From a virus, in IMG/VR virus record IMGVR_UViG_3300027875_000001: a DNA stretch of 58,550 nucleotides. The stretch is one strand, 5' to 3'. The position numbers were made by a program, and so were the translations under genes. Under the pieces are notes generated by a model, which was not told the origin of the DNA, did no database searches, and saw only the letters and a list, made by a program, of their open reading frames with translations. Position 1 is the stretch's first letter, and each line of letters opens with the position of its first letter. Shown here piece by piece: positions 7,646-16,618 of the stretch.

Positions 7646-9754
7646 ATGCCGACCGCACACGAAATTGTCGAGTGGTATTTCGCCGCGAATTTCCGCCCGA
7701 TCTTCTGGCCCACCGTCGGCGACGAGAAAGGCCCCAAAGAAAAGGATTGGACGCAACGAACCTATACCATCAACGATTATAGCGACGGCTGGCGTGTTGG
7801 ATTACTGACTGGTACCGAAGTGACTCCAGGAAGATTTCTTCACGATGTTGATATTGATTGGTCGCATGGAAGTGCGATCGCACAAAAATTTCTGCCACCA
7901 ACAGGATTCTACTATGGACACTACAGTAAACCAGTGAGTCATTGTTTCTACCTCTTACCAGAAGCACTACCATCAGCACGTTATGAAGATATCGATCGAA
8001 CCTGTCTAATTGAACTTCGAGGGACGAAAAGTGATGGGTCGCTCGGATTTCAAACAATGGTTCCACCCTCGACATGGTCGAAGAACGGACAGCAAGAACC
8101 TCTCACATTTGTGAGTTTTGGCCCGCCAGCATTTTTCGATTCTCCAACAACATTTCGACAGCAGCTATGCCTCGCGGCGATTGGAATGCTCCTCGCGAAG
8201 CACTTAGGTCGGAACGGATTTGGACATGAACCGCGCCTCGCGTGGGCTGGCTTTCTTCTTCGAGCTGGTATTGCTGCTGAGGATCTCGTGAAAATGGGTG
8301 AGGTCATGTCAGAGGTGACGAATAATATCGAAGTGGTAGATGTTAAAACAGTGATTAGTACAACGGTCACGGGATTACTGGACCCCAAGAAGAAAATTAA
8401 AGGTGGCCCCGTTCTCGCGAAAATACTTGGTAAAAATGGCCGAGCAATTCTCGCGCGGATTAACGAGTGGCTTGGACGTGAAAGTGACTTTATCTACGGG
8501 CAAGATGGAAAAATTTTGAAGGACAACCAAGAGAATATCCAACGAGCGGTTCGCCTCCTTGATATCGATCTCGCCTATCAAGCTTTTTCTGAGAAGCTCC
8601 TCTTTGATGAAAATGGACATCAACGCATTTTAGATGATACGACGATGGATGACATCTGGCTACGAATTGATCGAGATTTTCGATTCCGTCCGACACAGAC
8701 ATTCTTCTATACCGTGTTACGGCATATCGCCAAGGAGCGCAGTTTCCATCCGGTACTTGATTATCTCTCAACGTTGACGTGGGATAGTATACCAAGAATA
8801 GACTACTGGCTAGAGATGTATGGCGGTGCGAAAGATAGCGACTATCTCCAAGCGATCTCATCGATTGTTTTGATAGCCGCTGTTCGGCGTGTCAGGCAAC
8901 CTGGCTGCAAATATGACGAAATGCTCGTACTCGAAAGCGAGCAGGGATTGAACAAGTCGTCTGCGTTACGTGCTCTTTGCCTTCATGATGAGTGGTTCTC
9001 AGATGATCTGCCACTCAATGTTGACGCCAAGCAGATCATCGAACGAACGTTGGGTAAGTGGATCATCGAAGCGAGTGATCTAGTAGGAGGTCGAAAAGCA
9101 GATCGCGATCATCTTAAGTCGATGCTCTCTCGACAGATTGATGGCCCAGCACGCATGGCGTATGCGCGCGTTCCAGTCGAGCGCCCTCGCCAATTCATCA
9201 TCATTGGCACAACCAATTCCTCCAGCTACCTCGCAGACCCAACTGGTGCTCGACGCTTCTGGCCCGTTGCGGTCAGAGGGTTCAATGTCGAATTGATTCT
9301 CCGCGATCGTGATCAACTCTGGGCTGAAGCCGCACAGCGGGAAGCGAGTGGAGTCTCCATTCGGTTGCCTGAGTCGCTTTGGGGGGATGCTGGAGCTGAA
9401 CAAGATCATCGGAGAGAGATCGATGCCTGGGAAAGTCCGATCATTGAGACTCTTGAAAACATTCAACCATCATCTACCGGGCGACGATCGATTGTGACGG
9501 ACCTCCTATGGAATGCACTCGGAGTTGAAATGAGTCGCCGTGATCGTGTCGGTGCGTTACGTCTGTCGGAAATCATGCAGCGACTCGGCTATACACGAAC
9601 ACGTATCCGAGTTGGAGAGAAAACACAAGTCGGTTATGTATCGGGTGAGAGTGACCACACGCTGAATTTTGAAGGAGAGAACAATGGTGAAGACACTCTA
9701 CGAAACGTTACATCCAGAAGCGGCCGAGGCAGAAGCGGAGAGGATGAGAATTGA
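7646..9754 (+). CDS. Bifunctional primase-polymerase (prim-pol) fused to a VirE/D5-type helicase-like domain
   Basis: Start chosen at ATG 7646, with GAGG 7 nt upstream. The track ORF from 7508 adds a Pro/Ser/Arg-rich extension. N-terminal KEKDW...LHDVDIDW (DxD) fits prim-pol. C-terminal KYDEMLVLESEQGLNKSSALRAL...IIEASDL...RQFIIIGTTN...GARRFWPV fits the VirE family. Confidence 0.8.
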   Translation: MPTAHEIVEWYFAANFRPIFWPTVGDEKGPKEKDWTQRTYTINDYSDGWRVGLLTGTEVTPGRFLHDVDIDWSHGSAIAQKFLPPTGFYYGHYSKPVSHCFYLLPEALPSARYEDIDRTCLIELRGTKSDGSLGFQTMVPPSTWSKNGQQEPLTFVSFGPPAFFDSPTTFRQQLCLAAIGMLLAKHLGRNGFGHEPRLAWAGFLLRAGIAAEDLVKMGEVMSEVTNNIEVVDVKTVISTTVTGLLDPKKKIKGGPVLAKILGKNGRAILARINEWLGRESDFIYGQDGKILKDNQENIQRAVRLLDIDLAYQAFSEKLLFDENGHQRILDDTTMDDIWLRIDRDFRFRPTQTFFYTVLRHIAKERSFHPVLDYLSTLTWDSIPRIDYWLEMYGGAKDSDYLQAISSIVLIAAVRRVRQPGCKYDEMLVLESEQGLNKSSALRALCLHDEWFSDDLPLNVDAKQIIERTLGKWIIEASDLVGGRKADRDHLKSMLSRQIDGPARMAYARVPVERPRQFIIIGTTNSSSYLADPTGARRFWPVAVRGFNVELILRDRDQLWAEAAQREASGVSIRLPESLWGDAGAEQDHRREIDAWESPIIETLENIQPSSTGRRSIVTDLLWNALGVEMSRRDRVGALRLSEIMQRLGYTRTRIRVGEKTQVGYVSGESDHTLNFEGENNGEDTLRNVTSRSGRGRSGEDEN

Positions 9755-10202
9755 TGCGCCTTGGCTTGAACAAGCGAAACAACGAAGATTAAGAGATGAG
9801 AGATTCAGAGAAGAGGCGCAAGAAGAAGTTGAACTCAGAAGAGAAGAAGCAAAAGAACAGGTACAAGAAAAAGCGAAGAAAGAAATTACAGCATGTCATG
9901 CCTGCCGACAAGAATTCACACGAGAATTTATCCAACGCGATCACCGCGTTCCAAGAAGTATAGGCGGCAATCAGCATAAAAACAATTTACAGTGGTTGTG
10001 TATGAAATGCCATCAAGAAAAATCGCGCCTCGAGAGAAATCTCTTTCAGTTCTACACGAAAACGTCAACTATTAAACGATGGTACTCTCTGGCTTTTCAA
10101 AATGATCCAGAGAAAATTCGCAGTTGGACGCAAGAAATGGAGATAAAGGTCGTACATCTGAGAGAGGTGCTTGCAACTGTGGAGGCTGAACGACTACTGT
10201 GA
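9684..10202 (+). CDS. HNH endonuclease located next to the packaging region
   Basis: CHACRQEF...DHRVPRSIGGNQHKNNLQWLCMKCHQEK is an HNH core. Start chosen at ATG 9684, with AGGAG 6 nt upstream; the track begins at TTG 9669. Confidence 0.85.
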   Translation: MVKTLYETLHPEAAEAEAERMRIDAPWLEQAKQRRLRDERFREEAQEEVELRREEAKEQVQEKAKKEITACHACRQEFTREFIQRDHRVPRSIGGNQHKNNLQWLCMKCHQEKSRLERNLFQFYTKTSTIKRWYSLAFQNDPEKIRSWTQEMEIKVVHLREVLATVEAERLL

Positions 10203-10252
10203 GTGGATTGAATCCTGCACTTTTGTGTTTCCTTCGGCTCTCGGCGCGGCCG

Positions 10253-10592
10253 AGACACGGCCAAGACACGGCCGTTACCGAAAGCTACCGTTCCCGTTCG
10301 TTACCGGTATTTCCTAGGACCTCTAGGAATATATAGCGTTCAGGCGCAAACACGCGATTTCAATTTGTAATCCTCTCTCTTAAAATAAGAGTAACTAAGG
10401 TAACTAAGGGATCCTATAGGAAGTTTCGCGTTACTTTTGCCGTTCCCCTCGTTACCGTTCTTTTGCGCGTTACTGTTGTTACCGTTCTTTTAGGAAGATT
10501 CTTTTAACTAATATTTCGCTTGACTTTACGTGAGAAAGGAGTATGAGATTTCACTCGACTTTACTTTACGTCGCAAAGCGTGTTCTATAGGA
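10253..10592. repeat. Repeat-dense intergenic region (candidate cos/pac site and late promoter region)
   Basis: AGACACGGCC x2 tandem (10253, 10264). GTAACTAAG x2 tandem (10391, 10400). GTTACCGTTCTTTT x2 exact (10451, 10478), plus further GTTACCG/CCGTTCCC copies. Palindromic TCCTA(TA)GGA-type sites at 10311-10329, 10412-10421 and 10584-10592. GACTTTAC x2. Confidence 0.7.
10559..10567 (+). promoter_or_regulatory. Fourth copy of the CTTTACTTT element, oriented toward the structural genes
   Basis: cgaCTTTACTTTacg lies 33 nt upstream of the ATG at 10600. It is the same 9-mer, in gene-proximal orientation, as at the three leftward intergenic sites. Confidence 0.3.
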
Positions 10593-10599
10593 CCGCGTC

Positions 10600-10950
10600 A
10601 TGTCCTCACTCTACGATCAACTGCATCCTTCCTCTCCAGCTCTACCTTCTTCCTCTCCTACTCAGCCATCCTCTCCATGTGATGAAATTGACGCACGTGC
10701 CTTCTGTTTGCGTGTTCTTCAATCACCAGAGTTTCGGGCCTATATCACGAATGGAATCGTGTTGGGCGATCTTCCTGCTGCGGTGATTTGCCGGCTCATG
10801 GATTACGCCTGGGGGGCGTCGCCGAAGCGTGTGGAAGTGGTGGGCCGAGATGGCGGGCCAATCGAGACCGTGTCGCGCATCGAGCGGGTCATTATCGATG
10901 CGCGTGACAAGCTTGACAAGTCAGACGAGTTACCCGTTACGACACACTGA
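10600..10950 (+). CDS. Hypothetical protein; small terminase subunit candidate by position only
   Basis: A 116-aa ORF immediately upstream of the large terminase and downstream of the repeat region. Pro/Ser-rich N-terminus. No motif recognised. Confidence 0.35.
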   Translation: MSSLYDQLHPSSPALPSSSPTQPSSPCDEIDARAFCLRVLQSPEFRAYITNGIVLGDLPAAVICRLMDYAWGASPKRVEVVGRDGGPIETVSRIERVIIDARDKLDKSDELPVTTH

Positions 10951-10959
10951 GTTCCGCAC

Positions 10960-12243
10960 GTGGGGCGCACGCTGACCTGGCAGATTCCGAGCGTGTTTGC
11001 TCCTCTCTTACAGCCGAGTCGGTACAAAGGCGCGTATGGCGGACGAGGCTCTGGAAAGTCGCACGTCTTTGCCGAGCTCTTGTTGGAGCGGTGCCTGCTC
11101 CGTCCTACCCGCGCTGTCTGTGTCCGCGAAGTCCAGCGAAGCCTTGAACAATCCGTTAAACGCTTACTGGAAGACAAGATCCAGGCGAATGACCTTGGGC
11201 GTGAGTTCACCATTATGAACACGCACATCGAGACGCCTGGTGATGGGATCATCATTTTTCAAGGGATGCAGAATCACACAGCTGAGTCGATCAAGTCTCT
11301 CGAGGGTTACGACATCGCGTGGGTGGAAGAAGCACAGGCACTGTCGCAGCGGTCGTTAACACTCCTCCGTCCGACGATTCGCGTGCCGGATTCTGAACTC
11401 TGGTTTTCGTGGAATCCACGCTATCGGTCAGATCCTGTCGATGCGCTCTTTCGAAATGGTCAACCACCACCTAATTCGATTGTGGTGACTACGACGTTTC
11501 GCGATAATCCGTGGTTTCCTGATGTACTGCGTACGGAGATGCTGTGGGATCGGCAGCATGACTTTGAAAAATATGGGCATATTTGGCTCGGGGAGTACGA
11601 AAAGCACAGCGACTCGCGTGTCTTTCGGAATTGGACTGTCGAAGAGTTTGAAGTGCCTGAGGATACCGTCTTTTATCATGGTGGTGATTGGGGTTTTAGC
11701 GCCGATCCGACAGTGCTGATTCGCTGTTTTGAGCAACAGCCAACAGCAGCTGAACTCGCAGTCAATTCGCTCGCTCGCAAGAAGCTGTTTATTGATCACG
11801 AGGTGTATCAGATCGGGTGCGAGATTGACCAGACGGCGTCGCTCTTTGATCGGCTGGTGTGTGAGTGCGAGCCGCCGCGTCCATGCCTCGCTCCATATGT
11901 CCACGGCAGTGCTCGGCAGTGGGAGATTCTAGCGGACAGTGCGCGGCCTGAGACGATTTCCTATCTCCAGCGGCACGGCTATCCGCGTATTGCACCGGCC
12001 ATTAAAGGGCCAAATAGTGTCAAGGAAGGCGTCATTTTTCTCCAGGGTTATGACATTGTGATTCATCCGCGGTGTGTCCATACCCTTGATGAGTTTACGA
12101 TGTATAGCTACAAGACTGATCCGCTGACGAGTGTGGTCGTGCCGATCTTGGAAGATAAGAAAAACCACGTGATTGATGCGGTGCGGTATGCGATTGAGCG
12201 GTTGCGGCATCATGTGGAGGAGCCGGATTTTGTGACGTGGTAA
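10960..12243 (+). CDS. terL: Terminase large subunit (PBSX/Terminase_3-like)
   Basis: Walker A YKGAYGGRGSGKSHVFAE near the N-terminus. Walker B-like DIAWVEEA. The C-terminal nuclease half contains HGGDWGFSADPT and NHVIDAVRYA. GTG start. Confidence 0.9.
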   Translation: MGRTLTWQIPSVFAPLLQPSRYKGAYGGRGSGKSHVFAELLLERCLLRPTRAVCVREVQRSLEQSVKRLLEDKIQANDLGREFTIMNTHIETPGDGIIIFQGMQNHTAESIKSLEGYDIAWVEEAQALSQRSLTLLRPTIRVPDSELWFSWNPRYRSDPVDALFRNGQPPPNSIVVTTTFRDNPWFPDVLRTEMLWDRQHDFEKYGHIWLGEYEKHSDSRVFRNWTVEEFEVPEDTVFYHGGDWGFSADPTVLIRCFEQQPTAAELAVNSLARKKLFIDHEVYQIGCEIDQTASLFDRLVCECEPPRPCLAPYVHGSARQWEILADSARPETISYLQRHGYPRIAPAIKGPNSVKEGVIFLQGYDIVIHPRCVHTLDEFTMYSYKTDPLTSVVVPILEDKKNHVIDAVRYAIERLRHHVEEPDFVTW

Positions 12244-12530
12244 AAGTGGAGTGTATTCTAACGGCATTGGAAGATATGGTTTACCAATTTGGCTATGACA
12301 CCGTTGTAGATGGATATCCTGCACTTACCACTGGTGGATTGTCAGCATTGGAAGAGGCATTTGAAGTTCTTGGTTGGACCGACCCCTATGTCGTGCCTAA
12401 TCCGATCTGGTGTGATGCTCCGGTTGTTCCGCGTTGTCCGAATCGAACGACTAGCGGCACGCCGACACCGAATGGTTATAAGCGGTATTGTCGAGAGCAC
12501 ATGCAGTTCTGGCGTGAGGCACAGCAATGA
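12237..12530 (+). CDS. Hypothetical protein (start uncertain)
   Basis: ORF track with a GTG start overlapping the terL stop. Alternative starts are 12246 (GTG) and 12276 (ATG). Confidence 0.45.
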   Translation: MVKVECILTALEDMVYQFGYDTVVDGYPALTTGGLSALEEAFEVLGWTDPYVVPNPIWCDAPVVPRCPNRTTSGTPTPNGYKRYCREHMQFWREAQQ

Positions 12531-12566
12531 AACGTGCTGTAAGAAAAAGTCGGATATCGGCTTCTT

Positions 12567-12881
12567 ATGAGCATCGACCATCGAAATCGTGAGACTACTA
12601 CTAGCGGCCGACCTCTAGGAGCGCAGCAGGTCGTCGATCCGCGTACCGGGATGCTCACTGACTATGTGATTCTCAAAGAACGGTCGAAGTGGGTCCGCTC
12701 ATATCGCGATACGTACAAGCACCGTACCTGCGGCGCGATTACGATGATGAGTAAAGTGATTGCAGAAACCTTTGCATGCGATCCGCAGTTCTACTCGCAC
12801 ACATTCTGCATCTATTGTAAAGGGCACTACCCTCTCAGCGAGTTTACATGGGTCGCGGATGGGTCGGTGGTTGGGTCATGA
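12567..12881 (+). CDS. Hypothetical Cys-containing protein (104 aa)
   Basis: ORF track. C-x..-C...CIYCKGH pattern suggests zinc binding. Its stop overlaps the next start (ATGA). Confidence 0.5.
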   Translation: MSIDHRNRETTTSGRPLGAQQVVDPRTGMLTDYVILKERSKWVRSYRDTYKHRTCGAITMMSKVIAETFACDPQFYSHTFCIYCKGHYPLSEFTWVADGSVVGS

Positions 12882-13081
12882 GCCGTTTGCAATTCGAACG
12901 AAATCTCTTGATGGACAATGCGCGACGTGAGCGGAACCGCAAACGTCGTGTGCATTATCGCAGAAAGACACAGCACACGCAACGATTGTGTACTCTCAAT
13001 CAGCAACAGTTGACGATGCGCAGTTATTGCCCTGGAGTTATTGCATTCGCGTTGCTCTACGGAGAACGCAGTCTACGATGA
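12878..13081 (+). CDS. Hypothetical basic protein (67 aa)
   Basis: The ATG at 12878 overlaps the preceding stop and its TGA overlaps the next ATG at 13078. It is the in-frame sub-ORF of track entry 12848..13081. Arg/Lys-rich (RRERNRKRRVHYRRK). Confidence 0.45.
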   Translation: MSRLQFERNLLMDNARRERNRKRRVHYRRKTQHTQRLCTLNQQQLTMRSYCPGVIAFALLYGERSLR

Positions 13082-13449
13082 CCGAGTCTACTCAGTGCAT
13101 CTTCTGTCAAGGGGCCAATGGTATTCACGCCACAGGATGTCGTCTGATTGCTTCATGCGACCACGATTGGGTACCAGAACCACTCGTAGTACTGATGGAA
13201 CGGTGTGTGTTGTGCTCTGTGCGTCGACCAATTGAATCGAGAGAACGACGAGCCATGCGATTGTTGACAGAAGTGGCTGGTGTGTTACACCCAGAAATGC
13301 CTGTTTCAACTCCTCGAGCCTCGCTGTATGACGATCTGATGCAGTTGAGCCGTGAGATGGCGCATCGAGCAGAAGTATTGGAGACGAGACGAGTTGAAGC
13401 GCATAAGACATTAGATCATTTGGGGGATGAAGATGAGAGTGCGACATGA
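13078..13449 (+). CDS. Hypothetical zinc-ribbon-like protein (123 aa)
   Basis: In-frame ATG at 13078 within track ORF 12988..13449. CIFCQG...HATGC...CVLC motif pairs. ATGA coupling at both ends. Confidence 0.5.
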   Translation: MTESTQCIFCQGANGIHATGCRLIASCDHDWVPEPLVVLMERCVLCSVRRPIESRERRAMRLLTEVAGVLHPEMPVSTPRASLYDDLMQLSREMAHRAEVLETRRVEAHKTLDHLGDEDESAT

Positions 13450-14018
13450 CCATTGAACGAGTGAAATTGACGCCGCTCGGTTCGGAAGTGTATCGAGATG
13501 GCGTGCTGTATGAGACACGCCGAAACACAGTGGAAGGCTCTGAGTCTAATATAGTTGGGAGTGTTGGCGGTGGTCTGTTGCAATCGGCCACTGTCACGTT
13601 AAACGATGCGCAGATCAAGGCCCTCCCGACTATGTCACAGGCCATTCTTGCGGCACAGGTGGTCGGTAAGGTAGTTCTGTTCATTGCTGGCTATATCCTA
13701 CTCGATCATACGGCTGGTGATTATGCGAATGTCGACTCGACTGCGATCTTGGAAATCAAGGATCAGTGTGGGAGTGTGGGATCAACTGCATCGGTGAACT
13801 TCACGCAATTGGGCATTTTTAATTTGGTGCAGGAAGCGCCACTGATTGTCGACCCGGCAAGTTGGATTGTTAGCGGTAAGATTGTTCCCATCGGCGGTCC
13901 GTGTGACAATTCGCCGATCACGGTGTCGGCTCACAATGGTGTCTTGGGAGATTTCACTGGAGGCAATAGCGCCAATACTCTCAAGATCGCACTGTACTAT
14001 GTTGTCGTTAGTATCTAG
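13446..14018 (+). CDS. Hypothetical protein (190 aa)
   Basis: ORF track, translationally coupled to the upstream gene. No motif recognised. Confidence 0.55.
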   Translation: MTIERVKLTPLGSEVYRDGVLYETRRNTVEGSESNIVGSVGGGLLQSATVTLNDAQIKALPTMSQAILAAQVVGKVVLFIAGYILLDHTAGDYANVDSTAILEIKDQCGSVGSTASVNFTQLGIFNLVQEAPLIVDPASWIVSGKIVPIGGPCDNSPITVSAHNGVLGDFTGGNSANTLKIALYYVVVSI

Positions 14019-14076
14019 AGAGCTGGTAATGCTAGTAACTTTCTACACCATTGGTAAAGTTATTTGTGAGTGACAC

Positions 14077-15840
14077 ATGATTGAGTCCACTTCACAAGCT
14101 GCCGAGATCCGGGCCGCGGCGTCGATCCTCCTAGAGCGTCTCCAGTTCATGCGGCAGGCGGGGATCTCGTTTAAAGGGGCACGCGATCTCTATGAAGTCC
14201 TTGGCTATGACCGAGTCATCACGACGCGGCAGTATCGCGATCGTTATGCACGTGGGGGGATTGCTGGACGGGTGGTTGATGCGCTACCGAATGCGACATG
14301 GCGCGGGGATATGGAGCTCATTGAGGATGACGATCCAAAGGTCAGCACACCGTTTGAACAAGCATGGTGTGATCTCAATACCAAGCATCAGGTCATCTCA
14401 AAGTTTTTGCGTGTTGATAAACTGGCTGGACTCAGTACGTATGCCGTGCTGCTGATTGGGGCGCCTGGTGATTTAAGCACTGAGATGCCACGTGGGAAAG
14501 AGCTGCTCTACCTTGTACCGTTTCTTGGGGGTGGTGGACCTGGCGGCGATTCGAACAGTCGAGCGTTGGCGATTGATGCGGATTGCACGATCCAAGAGTT
14601 CGATACCGATACACAGAGTGTGCGGTTTGGTCTGCCGAAGACATATCAACTCAAACGCACTGATCTCTCCTCGCCGGCGTTTCAACGTCCTGTGCATTGG
14701 ACGCGCATTGTGCATGTTGCGGAGAATTGTTTGTCTGATGAGGTATATGGGCAGCCAGCGCTTGAGCGTGTGTGGAATCTGCTTGATGACCTCGATAAAG
14801 TAACAGGTGGTGGAGCAGAGGCGTTCTGGTTGCGCGCGAATCAAGGACTGCATCTTGATATTGACAAAGATATGTCGTTGCCTGATACCAAGGACGCGAT
14901 TGAGAAACTGAAGGAGCAGGCAGAAGACTATCGACATCATTTGACGCGGTGGTTACGCACACGTGGGGTGAGTGTTGATGTACTTGGGAGTGATGTCGCG
15001 AACTTTTCGAATCCGGCTGATGCGATCCTAACGCAGATTGCTGGCGCGAAGTCCATTCCCAAGCGCATTCTGACTGGCTCTGAGATGGGTGAGTTGGCGT
15101 CATCGCAGGACCGTGACAATTGGAAGGACCAAGTCAATGGGCGACAAACCAGCTACGCTGGGCCGTATATCGTTCGGCAGCTTGTCGATCGGCTTGTGGC
15201 TTATGGGTATCTCCCCACGCCGAGTAAGGGTCCACTCGCCTATGAAGTGCGCTGGCCGCATATTCAGACACTGACTGAGCAGGAGAAGGCTGATGGAGCG
15301 ACGAAGTGGGCTGCTGTGAATTCCACGGCAAAGATGACAGTCTTTACGGCAGAGGAGATTCGGGATAAATGGTACAGCATGGCTCCGGCGGACGAATCTG
15401 ATACGGAGTCATATAAAGCCGATGGTGCTAATGCGTGGGCGCTGACGAACAAGACGCAGGGTACGACGATCTTTACTCCTGATGAAATTCGGAAGACGTG
15501 GTATGGCTATCAGCCACTCACACCAGAGCAACAGGTGCCGATTGCGGCGCCAGAACGGATCTCTGGTACGACTGCGAATGAACCACGTACTGCACAGGAA
15601 GATGAGTTGTTGCATGTGTTGGAGACAGCGATTACCTCAAATAACGTGGAGGTGATTGATAAGATCCTTGGTGTGCATCATCAGGCGCAGATTGCGCCAC
15701 GTGTACCAGATCTCCGTGATGTTGAAGCACCAACTGTGATAGTCAATCCTCCTGCCGTCCGTCGAGTCAAGAAGACGTTTACCTATAGTGAGATTGAGGG
15801 GCGAATGCGTCCAACTGGTGTGATCGAAGAGGAGCTGTAG
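14077..15840 (+). CDS. Portal protein
   Basis: 587 aa in the terminase-proximal position. The N-terminal region (YRDRYARGGIAGRVVDALPNATW) resembles DUF1073-type portals as I remember them. The C-terminus carries two tandem 35-43-aa repeats. Confidence 0.7.
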   Translation: MIESTSQAAEIRAAASILLERLQFMRQAGISFKGARDLYEVLGYDRVITTRQYRDRYARGGIAGRVVDALPNATWRGDMELIEDDDPKVSTPFEQAWCDLNTKHQVISKFLRVDKLAGLSTYAVLLIGAPGDLSTEMPRGKELLYLVPFLGGGGPGGDSNSRALAIDADCTIQEFDTDTQSVRFGLPKTYQLKRTDLSSPAFQRPVHWTRIVHVAENCLSDEVYGQPALERVWNLLDDLDKVTGGGAEAFWLRANQGLHLDIDKDMSLPDTKDAIEKLKEQAEDYRHHLTRWLRTRGVSVDVLGSDVANFSNPADAILTQIAGAKSIPKRILTGSEMGELASSQDRDNWKDQVNGRQTSYAGPYIVRQLVDRLVAYGYLPTPSKGPLAYEVRWPHIQTLTEQEKADGATKWAAVNSTAKMTVFTAEEIRDKWYSMAPADESDTESYKADGANAWALTNKTQGTTIFTPDEIRKTWYGYQPLTPEQQVPIAAPERISGTTANEPRTAQEDELLHVLETAITSNNVEVIDKILGVHHQAQIAPRVPDLRDVEAPTVIVNPPAVRRVKKTFTYSEIEGRMRPTGVIEEEL

Positions 15841-15878
15841 ATCTCAGTTCATGAACCGAATCTGGGCTGATAGAAGGG

Positions 15879-16316
15879 TTGTGTAAATTGGCCTCATTTT
15901 CTAAATTCAACCAGTTCGTCGAAGACGTTGCAAAGAAAGTTCACAACCTGAACGCTGACACGTTGAAGGTAATGTTAACTAATACGGCACCTGTGGCGAC
16001 GAATGCCGTGAAGGCGGATCTGACGGAGATTGCCGCTGGCAATGGGTATACGGCTGGTGGCAATACGGCAGCGTTCACGTCAGGCGCACAGACGAGTGGC
16101 ACATATAAACTGGTGGTGGCTGACCCGGCCGTATGGACGGCGGCAGGTGGGACCATTGGTCCACTCCGCTACGCGGCACTGTACAACGATACCCCGACTT
16201 CTCCAGCGAAGCCGCTCATTGGCTGGTGGGACTATGGATCGTCGATTACGTTGCAGGTCGGGGAGACGTTCACGGTGGATCTGGATCAAACGAACGGTGT
16301 GTTGACGTTGGCGTAG
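15879..16316 (+). CDS. Conserved-looking phage protein of unknown function (145 aa)
   Basis: ORF track (TTG start). The pattern EIAAGNGYTAGGNTAAF...RYAALYNDT...PLIGWWDYG recalls a family of small virion-associated phage proteins that I cannot name. Confidence 0.5.
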   Translation: MCKLASFSKFNQFVEDVAKKVHNLNADTLKVMLTNTAPVATNAVKADLTEIAAGNGYTAGGNTAAFTSGAQTSGTYKLVVADPAVWTAAGGTIGPLRYAALYNDTPTSPAKPLIGWWDYGSSITLQVGETFTVDLDQTNGVLTLA

Positions 16317-16318
16317 TC

Positions 16319-16609
16319 ATGGCACAAGAATCTTATGTCGCTGTAGCTCCAGATTCGACAGGCAAGAAAATTCGAAATCTGCAACTTGATGTTCTGCAAC
16401 CTGATGGAACGATTGCGACGGTGCAGATGCAGGTTGTTTCAATTGTTGATCTCGATGGACGTGCGACAAATTTCGGTGCGAATGAAACAATCGACTTGTT
16501 GCGCTCACTGCTACGAGAGCTAACGACACTTCGACAGATGTATGGGCGGGCGACTGGACTCCAGGTGATGGCGTTGGACGGTGCAATGTGGGATGACATT
16601 ATCGGATAG
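16319..16609 (+). CDS. Hypothetical protein (96 aa)
   Basis: In-frame ATG at 16319 (MAQESYVAVAPD...) within track ORF 16133..16609. The upstream part overlaps the previous gene. Confidence 0.5.
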   Translation: MAQESYVAVAPDSTGKKIRNLQLDVLQPDGTIATVQMQVVSIVDLDGRATNFGANETIDLLRSLLRELTTLRQMYGRATGLQVMALDGAMWDDIIG

Positions 16610-16618
16610 GAGAACGAT

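Noticed and set aside
10253-10592. A possible CRISPR array in the repeat-dense region, and likewise for the array at 51676..51812.
   Set aside because: The repeats are only 7-14 bp, belong to several unrelated families and have irregular or very short spacing. No uniform repeat-spacer architecture is present and no cas genes are seen.
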